Source of the DNA: Armatimonadota bacterium | GTDB lineage: Bacteria > Armatimonadota > SYMT01 | Assembly (NCBI GenBank): GCA_046292385.1 | Contig: JBKBRF010000031.1 | Span: 1-64,000 of the forward strand | DNA: 64,000 bases | Direction of reading: 5' to 3' | In this document: positions 52,340 to 62,621 of the stretch, in pieces | Layout: every line of letters starts with the position of its first letter | Numbering within the stretch: the first letter of the stretch is position 1 | Notes under the pieces: generated by a model | Seen by the model: the letters and a program-made list of their open reading frames with translations, nothing else | Told to the model about the DNA's origin: nothing | Databases searched by the model: none | Made by a program: the position numbers and the translations under genes

Positions 52340-52658
52340 GGGTGGGTTCACTTTACGAATGTGCTTCGGGGGTTGGTTGGTCCGTTGCGGAGCGCTTTCC
52401 TTTTTGGCGTGAGAGAGTTCTTCACCGGGGGCCACCCCGTGCCCTCACCAGATATCGCTGGGGAAATCGGGAGGTTACTCCTGTGCCCCGCTAGCGCGGG
52501 GCGCGAAAGCAAGCCCCCCGTACTGGGGGCAAGCATTCGCACTCCAGAGGCCGAACCGGGAGGGGATTCCCTCTCGCCGAAAGTGAGACGGCTGCGGTGA
52601 AGTCTGTGGAGTGCGGTGGCTTGCCACCGCTTCCCCGGAGGGGAATTGCGTACGTGAG

Positions 52659-54467
52659 CTAGTCCACTGCCGTGCCGGTTTGCCGCGCCAGCTCTTTCGC
52701 TTGCTCGACCATGCCGCGCAGCAGCTCCACGCCGCCCTCCCAGAACTCCCGGCGGGAGACGTCGATGCCGACTTTGGCCAGGATCTCTTCCGGACGCAGG
52801 GAGCCGCCGGCGGCGAGGAGATCGAGGTAGCGCTCCACGAAGGCGGGGCCTTCCTGCTTGTAGCGGGCGTAGAGCGAGAGCACCAGCAGCTCGCCGAAGG
52901 CGTAGGCGTAGACGTAGAACGGCGAGGCGAAGATATGCGGGATGTAGTGCCACCACCAGGCATGCTCTTCGCCCAGGGTGAGCGCGTCGCCGAACATCTC
53001 CTGCATGCTGCTCTGCCAGAGCTCGTTGTACCGCTCGGTCGTCAGCTCGCCCTCGCTCCGGCGCGCCGCGTGGGCCGCCTGCTCGAAGCGGTACATCGCG
53101 ACCTGCCGGAAGACGGTGGCGATGCTGTCCTCCAGCTTGCCGGCGAGCATCGCCAGCCGCTCCTTCGGGTCGGTGATCTGCTGCTGCAGCCGCTCGAAGA
53201 CGAGGATCTCGGCGAACACGCTCGCCGTTTCCGCCAGCGGCAGGATCGGGTGGAAGTCGAGGTAGTTATTTCGCGCCGCCAGTACCCCGTGGATCCCGTG
53301 TCCCAGCTCGTGCGCCAGCGTCATCACGTCGCGCGCGCGGTTGGTGTAGTTCATCAGGACGTACGGGTGGAGGTCCGGCGTGACGGAGCTGCAGAAGGCG
53401 CCGCCGCGCTTGCCCTGGCGCACCTCGGCGTCGATCCAGTTGCCTTCGAAGAACCGTCCCGCGATCTCCCGCACCTGCGGGGAGAAGTCGCCGAACGAGT
53501 TGAGCACCAGCTCCCGGGCCTCGCCGAACGGGATGTCCTGCTGCGTCTCGCCGATCGGCGCGTAGCGATCGAGATGGTCGAGCTGCTCCAGGCCGAGCAG
53601 GCGCTTCTTCAGCCGGTAGTAGTCCGCGGCGACCTCGTAGTTTTCCCGCACCACCTGGACCATGTTCTCCACCACCTCGGCGGAGAGCTCGTTGTCCTCG
53701 TGGCGCGCCTGCTCCGGCGTCTCGTAGCCGCGGAGACGGTCGGTAGTCGCCTTGTTCTGTAGCAGGGTGTTGAAGATGAAGGTGAGCGGGTGGGAGTGCT
53801 CGCGGATCGTCTCCGTCATCGCGGCGCCGGCGGCGGCGCGGACCTCCCGGCTCGGGTCGTAGAGCAGCGCCATCGCCTCGCTCTGATTCATCTCCTTCAC
53901 CTCCCCGTTCAGCCGCACGCGCAGCTTCCAGCGGGAGGTGGTCTCGGAGAAGAGGCGGACGAACGCGCGTGCGCCGGTGTTGTGGAGCTCGTCCATCACC
54001 TTCTCTTCCGGCTCGGAGAGATGGTGGCGAGAGATCTCGCGCTGGTGCTCCAGGAAATGCCGCCAGGGGGCGAGGCCCGGGTCCGCGATCACGCGGTCGA
54101 ACGTCTCCTGCGGGATCTTGCCGATCTCCAGCTCGAAGAAGATCAGGTGAGCGGAGCTGGCGGTGTTCTCTTGCTGCAGCCGCTGAAAGAAGGCGCCTCG
54201 GGCCGGGTCGGCCGTGTCCGCCGCGAACATCAGGTGCGCGTAGGCGAGCGGCCGGATCTTCAGCCGGTTGAGCGCGTCGTACTCCTCCATTGCCTGCCGG
54301 AGGGTCTCGGGCTGAAGCTCCGCGGTGGCGATGCGGTTGCGGTACTTCGCCTCGAATTCCTGGGCCCGCGCCAGCGACGCGTCGAGATCGGTGCGGAGCG
54401 CCGGGTCCTCGAACCCGGTGTAGAGGTCGGAAAGATCCCACGCGGGGGGCGCCGATGGCGGAGTCAT
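52659..54467 (-). CDS. M3B oligoendopeptidase F
   Basis: WDLSDLY, GKRGGAF, HELGH, AETAS, PFYVYAY. Confidence 0.92.
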   Translation of the reverse strand: MTPPSAPPAWDLSDLYTGFEDPALRTDLDASLARAQEFEAKYRNRIATAELQPETLRQAMEEYDALNRLKIRPLAYAHLMFAADTADPARGAFFQRLQQENTASSAHLIFFELEIGKIPQETFDRVIADPGLAPWRHFLEHQREISRHHLSEPEEKVMDELHNTGARAFVRLFSETTSRWKLRVRLNGEVKEMNQSEAMALLYDPSREVRAAAGAAMTETIREHSHPLTFIFNTLLQNKATTDRLRGYETPEQARHEDNELSAEVVENMVQVVRENYEVAADYYRLKKRLLGLEQLDHLDRYAPIGETQQDIPFGEARELVLNSFGDFSPQVREIAGRFFEGNWIDAEVRQGKRGGAFCSSVTPDLHPYVLMNYTNRARDVMTLAHELGHGIHGVLAARNNYLDFHPILPLAETASVFAEILVFERLQQQITDPKERLAMLAGKLEDSIATVFRQVAMYRFEQAAHAARRSEGELTTERYNELWQSSMQEMFGDALTLGEEHAWWWHYIPHIFASPFYVYAYAFGELLVLSLYARYKQEGPAFVERYLDLLAAGGSLRPEEILAKVGIDVSRREFWEGGVELLRGMVEQAKELARQTGTAVD

Positions 54468-54637
54468 GAGTGCGGTGCCTTCGAACAAAACGGTGAAGGA
54501 GCGGCCCGAACGCCCGCCCTGCGAGGCGCCGAACCCGACCTCCTTAGCTTAACACGGACCGCCGCGCGGCTGCTTCCGAACCGAGCCAGTGTAAGAAAAG
54601 GAGATAAGGGGATTACTGGGGATAAGGGGATGTCCTA

Positions 54638-54730
54638 AGGGCAGAGGGATGAGGGCAGAGGGCGGAATTCCGAACCTCCGTGGACGGCGGGTTCGGTCCT
54701 CTGCACTCCGTCCTCTGCCCTCATCCCTTC
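54638..54730. repeat. intergenic palindrome related to family B
   Basis: gggatgagggcagagg../..cctctgccctcatccc around ccgaacctccgtggacggcgggttcgg. Confidence 0.65.
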
Positions 54731-54749
54731 TGACACCGGTTCCGTTACC

Positions 54750-55304
54750 CTAACGCTTGTAGAGAACCGACTCTCCGGAGCGGAGGAGGCCGGTGAAGAG
54801 GCCTTCCAGGGCGGCGACCCGGGCGGCGGGCTCGACCGCTTCTTTCAGGATGGAGAGCGCGGAATCCCGCTCGGTGTCGGTCGGGTCGCGGTCGAGGGCG
54901 ATCAGGTAGAGGCCGCGGATCAGGGCGCGGTTGGGGCGCCGGAGCTCTTCGAACTCGCGGGTCTGGCAGAGCGCCCAGAGCACGTCGACCAGCGCGTCCG
55001 CCTTCTCGTCCGGGGTCTTAGCGTTCCGGATCACCTCCAGCCCCGCCTTGTTCTCCTCGGGCTTCGGCTTGCGGCCCATCAGCAAGAGCCAGACGTTCTC
55101 CATCAACCGCTCGTCGCGCGCGGCGGCCGATTCCCGCATGAACGCCCCGAGGAACGGGGAGACCTTCGGGAGCTTCCTGATCGCCTCCGTGCTCGCCTGC
55201 CGGAGCTCGCCAGTCAGCAGTCCCCGGCGGGAGAGCGCCTTCCGCATCTCCGGAGTCAGGTTCTTCGGGCGGCCGTCGCCGTCCCCTTTCGGATCGTCAC
55301 TCAT
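54750..55304 (-). CDS. hypothetical protein with two helical repeats (DUF1553 C-terminus-like)
   Basis: L..R.P...E....L...........AL.DVLWAL / LYL.AL.RDPT..E.....ALE.L...LL. Confidence 0.65.
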   Translation of the reverse strand: MSDDPKGDGDGRPKNLTPEMRKALSRRGLLTGELRQASTEAIRKLPKVSPFLGAFMRESAAARDERLMENVWLLLMGRKPKPEENKAGLEVIRNAKTPDEKADALVDVLWALCQTREFEELRRPNRALIRGLYLIALDRDPTDTERDSALSILKEAVEPAARVAALEGLFTGLLRSGESVLYKR

Positions 55305-55397
55305 GGGCTACAGCTCCCTGCTTCGAAAATGCCCCTCGAGGCGTAGGGCGATGGGTTGACACTCCGGCGCGGCCTACCGCCCGGCGTAGCGGCATCA

Positions 55398-55449
55398 CAC
55401 CGATAGCTTCCCTCTCCTCTCAGGAGAGGGGCCGGGGGTGAGGCCGCGT
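55398..55449. repeat. REP-like repeat family D, second copy
   Basis: Reverse complement of 13171-13222. Confidence 0.8.
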
Positions 55450-55526
55450 AAGCAGCAGCTACAACCGATCTTTCACCCTTCCGGGGGGCTTCAGCGGTAT
55501 CAACTCATCCGGGTAGTGCCGGACGA

Positions 55527-56123
55527 CTACATCTCCCGACGCCCTTCTAGCGCCTGCAGCAGCGTCGCCTGGTCCGCGTAGTCGAGGTCGCCGCCTACCG
55601 GCAGGCCGAAGGCAATCTTGGTCACGCGCACGTTGAACGGCTTGATCAGGCGGGCCAGGTACATCGCGGTGGTGTCGCCCTCCACTGTCGGGTTGGTGGC
55701 GAGGATCACCTCTTTCACGTCGTCCCGCTGGATCCGCTCCATCAGCTCCCGCACGTGGAGCATCTCCGGCCCGATGCCTTCCATGGGGGAGATAACGCCG
55801 CCGAGGACGTGGTAGCGGCCGGTGAACTCGTTGGTGCGCTCCATCGCCAGCAGGTCCCGCGCTTCCGCCACCACGCAGAGCAGGCGCGGGTCGCGGCGGT
55901 CGCTGCGGCAGATCTCGCAGATCGGCTGGTCGGTGTAGTTGAAGCAGACGCCGCAGACGCCGATCCGCTGCTTCACGTCGACGATCGCGTCGGCAAGCTG
56001 CCGCGCTTCATCGGCGGGGATGCGCAGCAGGTGGAACGCCACGCGCTGCGCCGACTTCGGCCCGATGCCGGGCAGCTTCTCCAGCTCTCCCACCAATCTC
56101 GCCAGCGGTCTCGCGTAGTGCAT
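55527..56123 (-). CDS. recR: recombination mediator RecR
   Basis: LPGIGPKSA, C4 Zn finger, Toprim ATNPTVEGD. Confidence 0.97.
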   Translation of the reverse strand: MHYARPLARLVGELEKLPGIGPKSAQRVAFHLLRIPADEARQLADAIVDVKQRIGVCGVCFNYTDQPICEICRSDRRDPRLLCVVAEARDLLAMERTNEFTGRYHVLGGVISPMEGIGPEMLHVRELMERIQRDDVKEVILATNPTVEGDTTAMYLARLIKPFNVRVTKIAFGLPVGGDLDYADQATLLQALEGRREM

Positions 56124-56318
56124 CTCTCTCCTCTTTCGGTCTCCGTCTCGTCCGGGTCAGCTCGCCTCGATCCATTCCAGAGTTTCCGTCCTGCGTCCAG
56201 TGACTCTTACCGCTTCCGCCGGAGCGCGACAAAGGGGCGCGGACGCCGGCGGTCCGCACCGCAGCCGGCGCTCACGCTCGCATCCGCACCCCTCGCTCGC
56301 GCGTCGGCCGGGGACCGC

Positions 56319-56663
56319 CTACCCCATCATGCCGGGCGGAATGGGCAGGCCGCCGCTGATCTTCTCGATCTGCTCGCGCTTCAGCGCGTTCGCCTTCTCC
56401 TGGGCCTCGCGGAAGGCGCTGAGCACCAGGTCCTGCAGCATCTCCACGTCTTCAGGATCGACCACCTGCGGATCGATCTCGACGTTCTCGAAGACGCCGG
56501 CGCCGGTGATCTCCACCCGCACCATGCCGCCGCCCGCGGAGCCTTCCAGCTTGGTGTTCGCCAGCTCCTGCTCCAGGTTCTGCATATCCTGCATGGCCTT
56601 CTGGGCCTGCTTCATCAGGTTGCCCATGTTGCCCAGGCCGCCCAGGTTTCCAAAGCCCCGCAT
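56319..56663 (-). CDS. ybaB: YbaB/EbfC nucleoid-associated protein
   Basis: MKQAQK, AGGGMV, DVEMLQDLV; lies between dnaX and recR. Confidence 0.95.
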   Translation of the reverse strand: MRGFGNLGGLGNMGNLMKQAQKAMQDMQNLEQELANTKLEGSAGGGMVRVEITGAGVFENVEIDPQVVDPEDVEMLQDLVLSAFREAQEKANALKREQIEKISGGLPIPPGMMG

Positions 56664-56741
56664 TCTCTCACTCCTTCCGACCGCGCTCCGCGGCGAATCC
56701 TCTTCCGTAGTTTACCGCCATTTTCCCCGGTGCAGCGTCAC

Positions 56742-58775
56742 TCACTCCCCGGACCGGCGCTCGTCGACGATGCGGCCCTCGAACACCTCGATCACGTCGT
56801 GCAGCAGCTCTCCGTCGCGCGGAGAGGCCGCCGCGGGAGCCGGCGGTCGGGAGCCGGGCGCCGGAGCGGCAGCGGCGGGAGAGCTGGCCGGGGCGGGAGA
56901 GCTGGCCGGGGCGGGCGCGGGCGGCTCCGGCTGCGGCTCCCGCCGCGAGGGCGCGCCCCCGGGCTGCCGGCCGCGGGCGCCGCCGCCGATCACCTCCGCG
57001 CGGACGCGGCACGAGGATCCCGCCACCCGCTCGATCACCTGCACGAGCGGCTCGCTGAACTGCTTGCCTTTTTGCGTGAACATGTCCGCCATCGTGGCGG
57101 AGGGAAAGCCGATGACCAGCTCGTTGCGCTCGATCCGCAGCGGCTGCGTATCGGCGAGGCAGACCTGGATCGTCGCCTTGCGGCTGCGCTTCAGCTCTTC
57201 CAGCACCACGCGCCACTTGCGCCGGAGCAGCTCCAGGTCGGGCGCGGGGCCGCTGTCGGCGGCCGGGCTCCGGGCGGGCTCCGGCGGAGTGGCGGGGGGC
57301 TCTTCGCGGCGGACCGGCGCCGGTCGCGCAGGCGGCGCCGGGGGAGCGGCGGAGGGCGGCGGCGCGACTTCTCCCGCCAGCGGCTCCGACGGCTCCGACC
57401 CGAATAGCGAGAACATGTCGTCGTCATCGTCATCGCCGCCGGCCCGGGCATCGCCGACCGTCAGCGGCGGGAGCCCCATCTCACCGGTGCCGAAGCTCGC
57501 TCCCTTGCGCGCGGGGACCGGCTCCTGGGGCGGAGAGGGTGGCTCCGGAACGAACGGCGACGGCTCCTCGGCCGGTCGTGCCGCGGCGGGCTCCGGGCTC
57601 CGCGGGCGCTGCGGCGCCGGGGCGGGCAGCTGCGGCGCCGGTCGGGACGGACGGGCCGCCTCGGCTGCCGGCCGCGGGCGCTGCTCGGCGGCCGGCAGCT
57701 CCTCTACCGTCATCATCCGCACCAGGGCCAGCTCCACTAGCAGCCGCGGCTGCTCGCTCCACCGGGCCTCGCGCTCCGCCTGCGCCAGGATCTGGATGGC
57801 GGCGACAAGGCGCCCTTGCCCGAAGCGGCGGGCCTGCTCCTGCGTACGGGCGGCCTGGTCCGGCTCGCCGGGCGCGGGGCTGCCGGCCGCGGTGAGCATC
57901 AGCGTGCGGAAGTGGGCGGTCAGGTCGCTCAGGAGCTGCCGCGGATCCTTCCCCTCGCTGATCAGCTCCTCCAGCGTGCGGAAGAGCGTGGCGCCGTTCC
58001 CCTCCAGGATCGCGTCGCCCAGGGCGAAGAGCGTGTCCGCCTCCACCGTGCCGAGGACCGCGTAGACCTCCCTCGCGGTGATCTCCCCCTCCCCGAAGGC
58101 GAGCACCTGCTCCAGCAGGCTCAGGGCATCGCGCCAGCCGCCGTTCGCCTCCCGGGCGATCAGGTCGACCGCCGCCCCGTTGATCGGCGCGCCCTCCTGC
58201 TCTGCCACCCAGCTGATCCGCTCCCGGAGCTGGTCCATCGAGGCGCGGCGGAAGTCGAACTTCTGGCAGCGGGAGATGATGGTGGGCGGAATCTTGTGCG
58301 CTTCGGTGGTAGCGAGGACGAACACCACCCGCGCGGGCGGCTCCTCCAGGGTCTTGAGCAGTGCGTTGAAGCCCTCGTTCGTGATCTGGTGGGCTTCGTC
58401 GATGATGATGACCCGGTACCCGCCGGAGGCGGCGACGTAGGCCAGGTTCTCCCGCAGCTCCCGCATCTGGTCGATGCCGCGGTTGGAGGCGGCGTCGATC
58501 TCCGTCAGATCGAGGTAGCGCCCCTGCGTGATCTGCTGGCAGGCGTCGCACTCGTTGCACGGCTCCGCGTCCTTCGCCTGGCGGCAGTTGAGCGCCTTGG
58601 CGAGGAGCCGGGCGGTGCTGGTCTTGCCGGTGCCTCGCGGGCCGCAGAAGAGGTAGGCGTGCGCCACCCGGCTGGCCCGGACGGCGTTTTGCAGCGTCCG
58701 CGTTACGTGCTCCTGCCCGGACACGTCCTCGAACGTCTGGGAGCGGTATTTCCGGTAGAGGGAGATATAGGCCAT
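56742..58775 (-). CDS. dnaX: DNA polymerase III subunit gamma/tau
   Basis: LYRKYR, GPRGTGKT, IDAASN, DEAH, SRC. Confidence 0.97.
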   Translation of the reverse strand: MAYISLYRKYRSQTFEDVSGQEHVTRTLQNAVRASRVAHAYLFCGPRGTGKTSTARLLAKALNCRQAKDAEPCNECDACQQITQGRYLDLTEIDAASNRGIDQMRELRENLAYVAASGGYRVIIIDEAHQITNEGFNALLKTLEEPPARVVFVLATTEAHKIPPTIISRCQKFDFRRASMDQLRERISWVAEQEGAPINGAAVDLIAREANGGWRDALSLLEQVLAFGEGEITAREVYAVLGTVEADTLFALGDAILEGNGATLFRTLEELISEGKDPRQLLSDLTAHFRTLMLTAAGSPAPGEPDQAARTQEQARRFGQGRLVAAIQILAQAEREARWSEQPRLLVELALVRMMTVEELPAAEQRPRPAAEAARPSRPAPQLPAPAPQRPRSPEPAAARPAEEPSPFVPEPPSPPQEPVPARKGASFGTGEMGLPPLTVGDARAGGDDDDDDMFSLFGSEPSEPLAGEVAPPPSAAPPAPPARPAPVRREEPPATPPEPARSPAADSGPAPDLELLRRKWRVVLEELKRSRKATIQVCLADTQPLRIERNELVIGFPSATMADMFTQKGKQFSEPLVQVIERVAGSSCRVRAEVIGGGARGRQPGGAPSRREPQPEPPAPAPASSPAPASSPAAAAPAPGSRPPAPAAASPRDGELLHDVIEVFEGRIVDERRSGE

Positions 58776-58921
58776 CTAGCTGGAAGCTGGGAGACGAGAG
58801 ATGAAAGAGGGGGCCGCGGCTCGGCGCGATTCGGGCGCGACTGCTCCCCACGCGGCCTTACCCCCGAACGCAAAACGAGGAGGACGGCGTCCGCTCGTCC
58901 TCCCCGCCTGCTTGTTGCTTT

Positions 58922-59187
58922 GGCCGTGCACCTGCCTTCGACCTGCACCACGAGCGCGTTACTTACGATTGCTACTCAGATCGGGTGGTCCGCATCACTC
59001 CGTCCACCTGCTTACCGTTGCTCCTTCCGGCCTGGCGGGGTTCACAGGTATTCGGCTGCGCGGGACCCGGTCCTCGGCGCAGCTACCGTAAGGCAGACCG
59101 CCGGGTGACAGGCCTGGGGCAGGAATTCAGCCCCGCTATGATGGGTTTCGGGTACAGGGCACCACAAGCTCCCCGCCTAGCACGACC
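58922..59187 (-). ncRNA. ffs: signal recognition particle RNA, large (Alu-containing) type
   Basis: Helix 8 GTGAACCCCGCCAGGCCGGAAGGAGCAACGG; 5' GGTCGTGCTAGGCGGGGAG pairs with 3' GTGCACGGCC; upstream of dnaX; TATAAT at 59220-59215. Confidence 0.92.
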
Positions 59188-59333
59188 AAACTGTCCGGAT
59201 CTCTCCGTGGCGCTATTATACCGGAATCCCGGCACCGGGGGAATGACGCCCCGGAAATGAGAACGGGAGGCGAGGTCGCCGCAGGTACCGCCGCGATCTC
59301 GCCTCCCGGGTATGCCGGCCGGAGCCGGAGGCG

Positions 59334-60788
59334 CTACTTACGCTCGGCCAGGAGCTTCTTGCCCGTGCCCAGGATGTCGTCGCGCTTCAGGACCAGGCTG
59401 GTGCTCAGGTAGCGCAGCGGGTACCGCTTGCCTTCCATCACCCCGCCTCGCTCCGGGTCTTCCTGGATCATGTCGCTCGGCCCGCGCAGGTTCTCCCCGT
59501 GCCAGCCGTAGAGGTCCTGGATGAAGGCGGCCTGCAGGCGGGGGTTGTAGCTTACCACCAGCTCATACTCGTCCGCCTTCAGCGGATAGATCTCTTCCGG
59601 GTTCCGGTCCATGTCCGCCGGGTCCCGGTCCAGGTCGATCAGCTTCTTGAACTTGCCTTCCTTTACGGAGACGTCGTCCCACTCCAGGATGCAGTTCGCC
59701 ATCTTGAAGTCGAACCCGCGCTTGATCCGCTCCTCGTAGTCCTTGTCCCGGATCAGGACGCGCACGCGAGACTGGTCCAGCACGTTGGTGGTGCCTTCCA
59801 CCAGGATCTTCTTCGGCTCCACCCGGGTCACCGTGAACCGGATGTTCAGGTCAATCGGCTGGGTCCGGTTCAGCTTGCCGCCGCGCAGCCGCTCCACGTG
59901 GTTGGTGGCCACCTTCAGGTCGCCCCGCACGTTCTCGTTCGGCTTGTCCTTCAGCCAGTCTTCGGCGAGCTTCAGGTTGCTCTGGAAGAGACGCAGCGCC
60001 TCCGCCGTGTTCCCCTCCCGCTCCGCCAGGCGCGCCAGGCGCTCGTTGCGGCGGCGGTTGGTGATGTAGAGGTTGTGCTGCGCGGCGTCCAGGTTGGGAC
60101 CCGCGGTGCCGATCGACTTCTCGCCCGCGGAGATCTCTTCTTCGGACTTCTGCCGGTTCTCTTCCCACTTCGTGATGGCCGCGTCGATGTCGCCCATCTT
60201 CTCGATGGCGTGGGCGAGCTGGTGCCGCACGAAGGCCGGGGCGGTCTCCCGTCCCGTCGTGGTGCCGCGCTGGGAGGCGGAGTCGTACGCGGCGGTCGAC
60301 TTCTTGAAGTCCTTCGTCTTGTCGTAGTGCATGTACCCCAGCTCGAAGTAGAGGTCATACACTCCGTCGTTGTTCTCGCAGCCCTCTTCCAGGAACTGGA
60401 TCCCATCCTCGATGAGACGCTTGTCCAGGAAGTTGTAGGCCATGTGCCAGGCGCCGGTGGCGTAGACGTCGAGCTGGTGCGGGTCGATCTTGGTGATGGT
60501 GTGGACCATCTTGATGATCGGCCGGTACTCGCCGCGGTGGAAGTAGTCGTCCGCCTGCACCCACATCAGCGAGGCGACCGCCTCCCGGATCCCGAGCACG
60601 GTCGGCAGCAGCGCCTGGAAGGCGGAGTCTCCCACCGCCACGTCGCGCACGTTGTTGCTCTTCACGGCCCTCCCGGCCAGCACGTACTGGTCGTGCTGCG
60701 GCTTGATCACCTCGCTCAGCGCGGCGCTTGCCACGAAAGTCGCTGCGAAGAGGCCCCATACGAGCTTGTTCGGCCCTTTCGGACGCAT
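59334..60788 (-). CDS. membrane-anchored TPR-like protein accompanying ABC-2 system
   Basis: N-terminal TM; SLMWVQADDYFHRG, DPHQLDVY..GAWHMAYN, TPR-like helices. Confidence 0.7.
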   Translation of the reverse strand: MRPKGPNKLVWGLFAATFVASAALSEVIKPQHDQYVLAGRAVKSNNVRDVAVGDSAFQALLPTVLGIREAVASLMWVQADDYFHRGEYRPIIKMVHTITKIDPHQLDVYATGAWHMAYNFLDKRLIEDGIQFLEEGCENNDGVYDLYFELGYMHYDKTKDFKKSTAAYDSASQRGTTTGRETAPAFVRHQLAHAIEKMGDIDAAITKWEENRQKSEEEISAGEKSIGTAGPNLDAAQHNLYITNRRRNERLARLAEREGNTAEALRLFQSNLKLAEDWLKDKPNENVRGDLKVATNHVERLRGGKLNRTQPIDLNIRFTVTRVEPKKILVEGTTNVLDQSRVRVLIRDKDYEERIKRGFDFKMANCILEWDDVSVKEGKFKKLIDLDRDPADMDRNPEEIYPLKADEYELVVSYNPRLQAAFIQDLYGWHGENLRGPSDMIQEDPERGGVMEGKRYPLRYLSTSLVLKRDDILGTGKKLLAERK

Positions 60789-60789
60789 C

Positions 60790-61656
60790 TTAGACCTCCT
60801 TGCGGTCGAACACGTGGATTCCCACCAGCAGCCACAGCGCGCCGTAGAGCATGCCGTAGACGCTGACCTGAGCGGCATAGACCCAGTGGTTCACCGCGAT
60901 CGGCACTTCCGGATGGACGATGCTGCCCATGATGTTGAAGTCGTGGAAGTGCGGCAGCGCGTAGTAGATCCCCTTCGAGAGGAGGGAGGTGACCACCATC
61001 GACTGCTCGTTGCGGTTCGCGAGGGCGGAAACGAGCCACTGCAGCGAGCCGACGATCCAGATGAAGGCGGTGATGGAGAAGTTCACCGTCGGCGTCAGGA
61101 AGAGCGAGAGCGTGGTCGCGATGGCGGTGACGATCACGAGCTGGAAGTAGATCACGATCGTGGCGCGCGCCACCAGGATCATCTCTCCGAAGCCGCGCAG
61201 CATCCACTCTTTGACGTTCACCCCCTGGGACGCCTGGGTGAGCATCTGCTCCGCGGAGCCCTGCGGGGGGCGTGCCGCCAGCACGAAGAGGACGATCATC
61301 AGCACGATGCTCATGAGGCCGACCATGAAGCCGACCGTGAGCGCGCCGCCCAGGAACTTGCCGAAGAAGAACTCCCAGCGCTGGATCGGTTTGGCTAAGA
61401 CCGAATAGATCGTGCGCCGCTCGATCTCGTTCGGGATCAGGAAGACGGAGGTGGTGATGGAGATGAGCGCCCCGAAGATGAGGATGATCACCAACTGCGT
61501 GGACTTGAACACGGTCGCCTGCTCGCGCGCCGTGAAGTAGTTCAGCATCAGCGCGAGGACCAGGCTGACGAACGCCAGCAGCAGGAAGATGAGCAGGACC
61601 CGCTTGCGGAGCGCATCTCCGAAGGTGTTGCGGGCGATTACCCAGACGTTGTTCAT
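60790..61656 (-). CDS. ABC-2 type permease
   Basis: IARNTF, EIERRTIYSVLAKPI.RW...GKF, F..KEV end; 6 TM. Confidence 0.9.
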   Translation of the reverse strand: MNNVWVIARNTFGDALRKRVLLIFLLLAFVSLVLALMLNYFTAREQATVFKSTQLVIILIFGALISITTSVFLIPNEIERRTIYSVLAKPIQRWEFFFGKFLGGALTVGFMVGLMSIVLMIVLFVLAARPPQGSAEQMLTQASQGVNVKEWMLRGFGEMILVARATIVIYFQLVIVTAIATTLSLFLTPTVNFSITAFIWIVGSLQWLVSALANRNEQSMVVTSLLSKGIYYALPHFHDFNIMGSIVHPEVPIAVNHWVYAAQVSVYGMLYGALWLLVGIHVFDRKEV

Positions 61657-61658
61657 GA

Positions 61659-62621
61659 CTACTTGCCCTTGGTCAACTGGTTCATCGTGCCGATGCGCCG
61701 GCCGGGCTGGTCCGCCAGGCCAACCGTCTCCACGAAGATCTCTTCGAGCGTGCGCTTCAACGGCATCACGGAGATCAGGTGTCCCTTGTTGTTCCGGATC
61801 AGGTCCACCACGTCGTTCACGAGCGTCTCGTCCGCGCAGGTAACCCGCACGTGGCCGTTGTCGCTGTGGACCGCTCCGGTCAGCGCTTCCAGCTTGCCCT
61901 TTACTTCCGCGCTCACGTCCCGCGCCAGCACCTCGGTCCGGCCTTCCGCGATCAGGTCGTCCACCCGGCCGGCCTTCACGAGCTTGCCGTAGTTGAGGAT
62001 GCAGATGCGGTCGCAGACCAGCTCCACGTCGGAGAGCTGGTGGCTGGAGAGGAAGATCGTCTTCCCCTGGTCCCGCAGCGACTCGATCAGGTTGCGGATC
62101 TCGATGTGCGCCACCGGGTCGAGGCCGGAGGTCGGCTCGTCGAAGATCAGCAGCTCCGGATCGTTGATCAGCGCCTGCGCGATGCCGATGCGCTGCATCA
62201 TGCCCTTGGAGTACTGCTTGAGCTGCTTCGCCTTGTCGTTGCGCAGCCCCACCAGGTCCATCAGGGAATCGACCCGCTTGGCCCGGGCATCCTTCGGCAG
62301 CTTGAACAGGCGCCCGTAGAAGTCGAGCAGCTCGCCGCCGGTCAGGTGATCGTAGAAGTAGGGGTTCTCCGGGAGGTAGCTCACCTTCTCGCGCATCGCG
62401 ATGGCGCCGGCCGGATGGCCCAGCACCTCGGCGGTGCCTTCATCCGCGTAGATCAGCCCCAGGAGCATCTTGATCGTGGTGGTCTTACCGGCACCATTGG
62501 GCCCGAGGAAGCCGAAGATTTCACCCCTCGACACTTCCAGGTCCAGGTGGTCCACGGCCACCACTTCACCCCGCTGGAAGAACCGCTTGGTAAGTCCTTC
62601 CGCGCGAATAGCCAGGTCCAT
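61659..62621 (-). CDS. ABC transporter ATP-binding protein
   Basis: GPNGAGKTT, YSKGM, DEPTSGLDP, SSH. Confidence 0.95.
   Translation of the reverse strand: MDLAIRAEGLTKRFFQRGEVVAVDHLDLEVSRGEIFGFLGPNGAGKTTTIKMLLGLIYADEGTAEVLGHPAGAIAMREKVSYLPENPYFYDHLTGGELLDFYGRLFKLPKDARAKRVDSLMDLVGLRNDKAKQLKQYSKGMMQRIGIAQALINDPELLIFDEPTSGLDPVAHIEIRNLIESLRDQGKTIFLSSHQLSDVELVCDRICILNYGKLVKAGRVDDLIAEGRTEVLARDVSAEVKGKLEALTGAVHSDNGHVRVTCADETLVNDVVDLIRNNKGHLISVMPLKRTLEEIFVETVGLADQPGRRIGTMNQLTKGK

Noticed and set aside
56742..58775. dnaX programmed frameshift site
   Set aside because: No A-AAA-AAG or long homopolymer slippery site noticed after the gamma region
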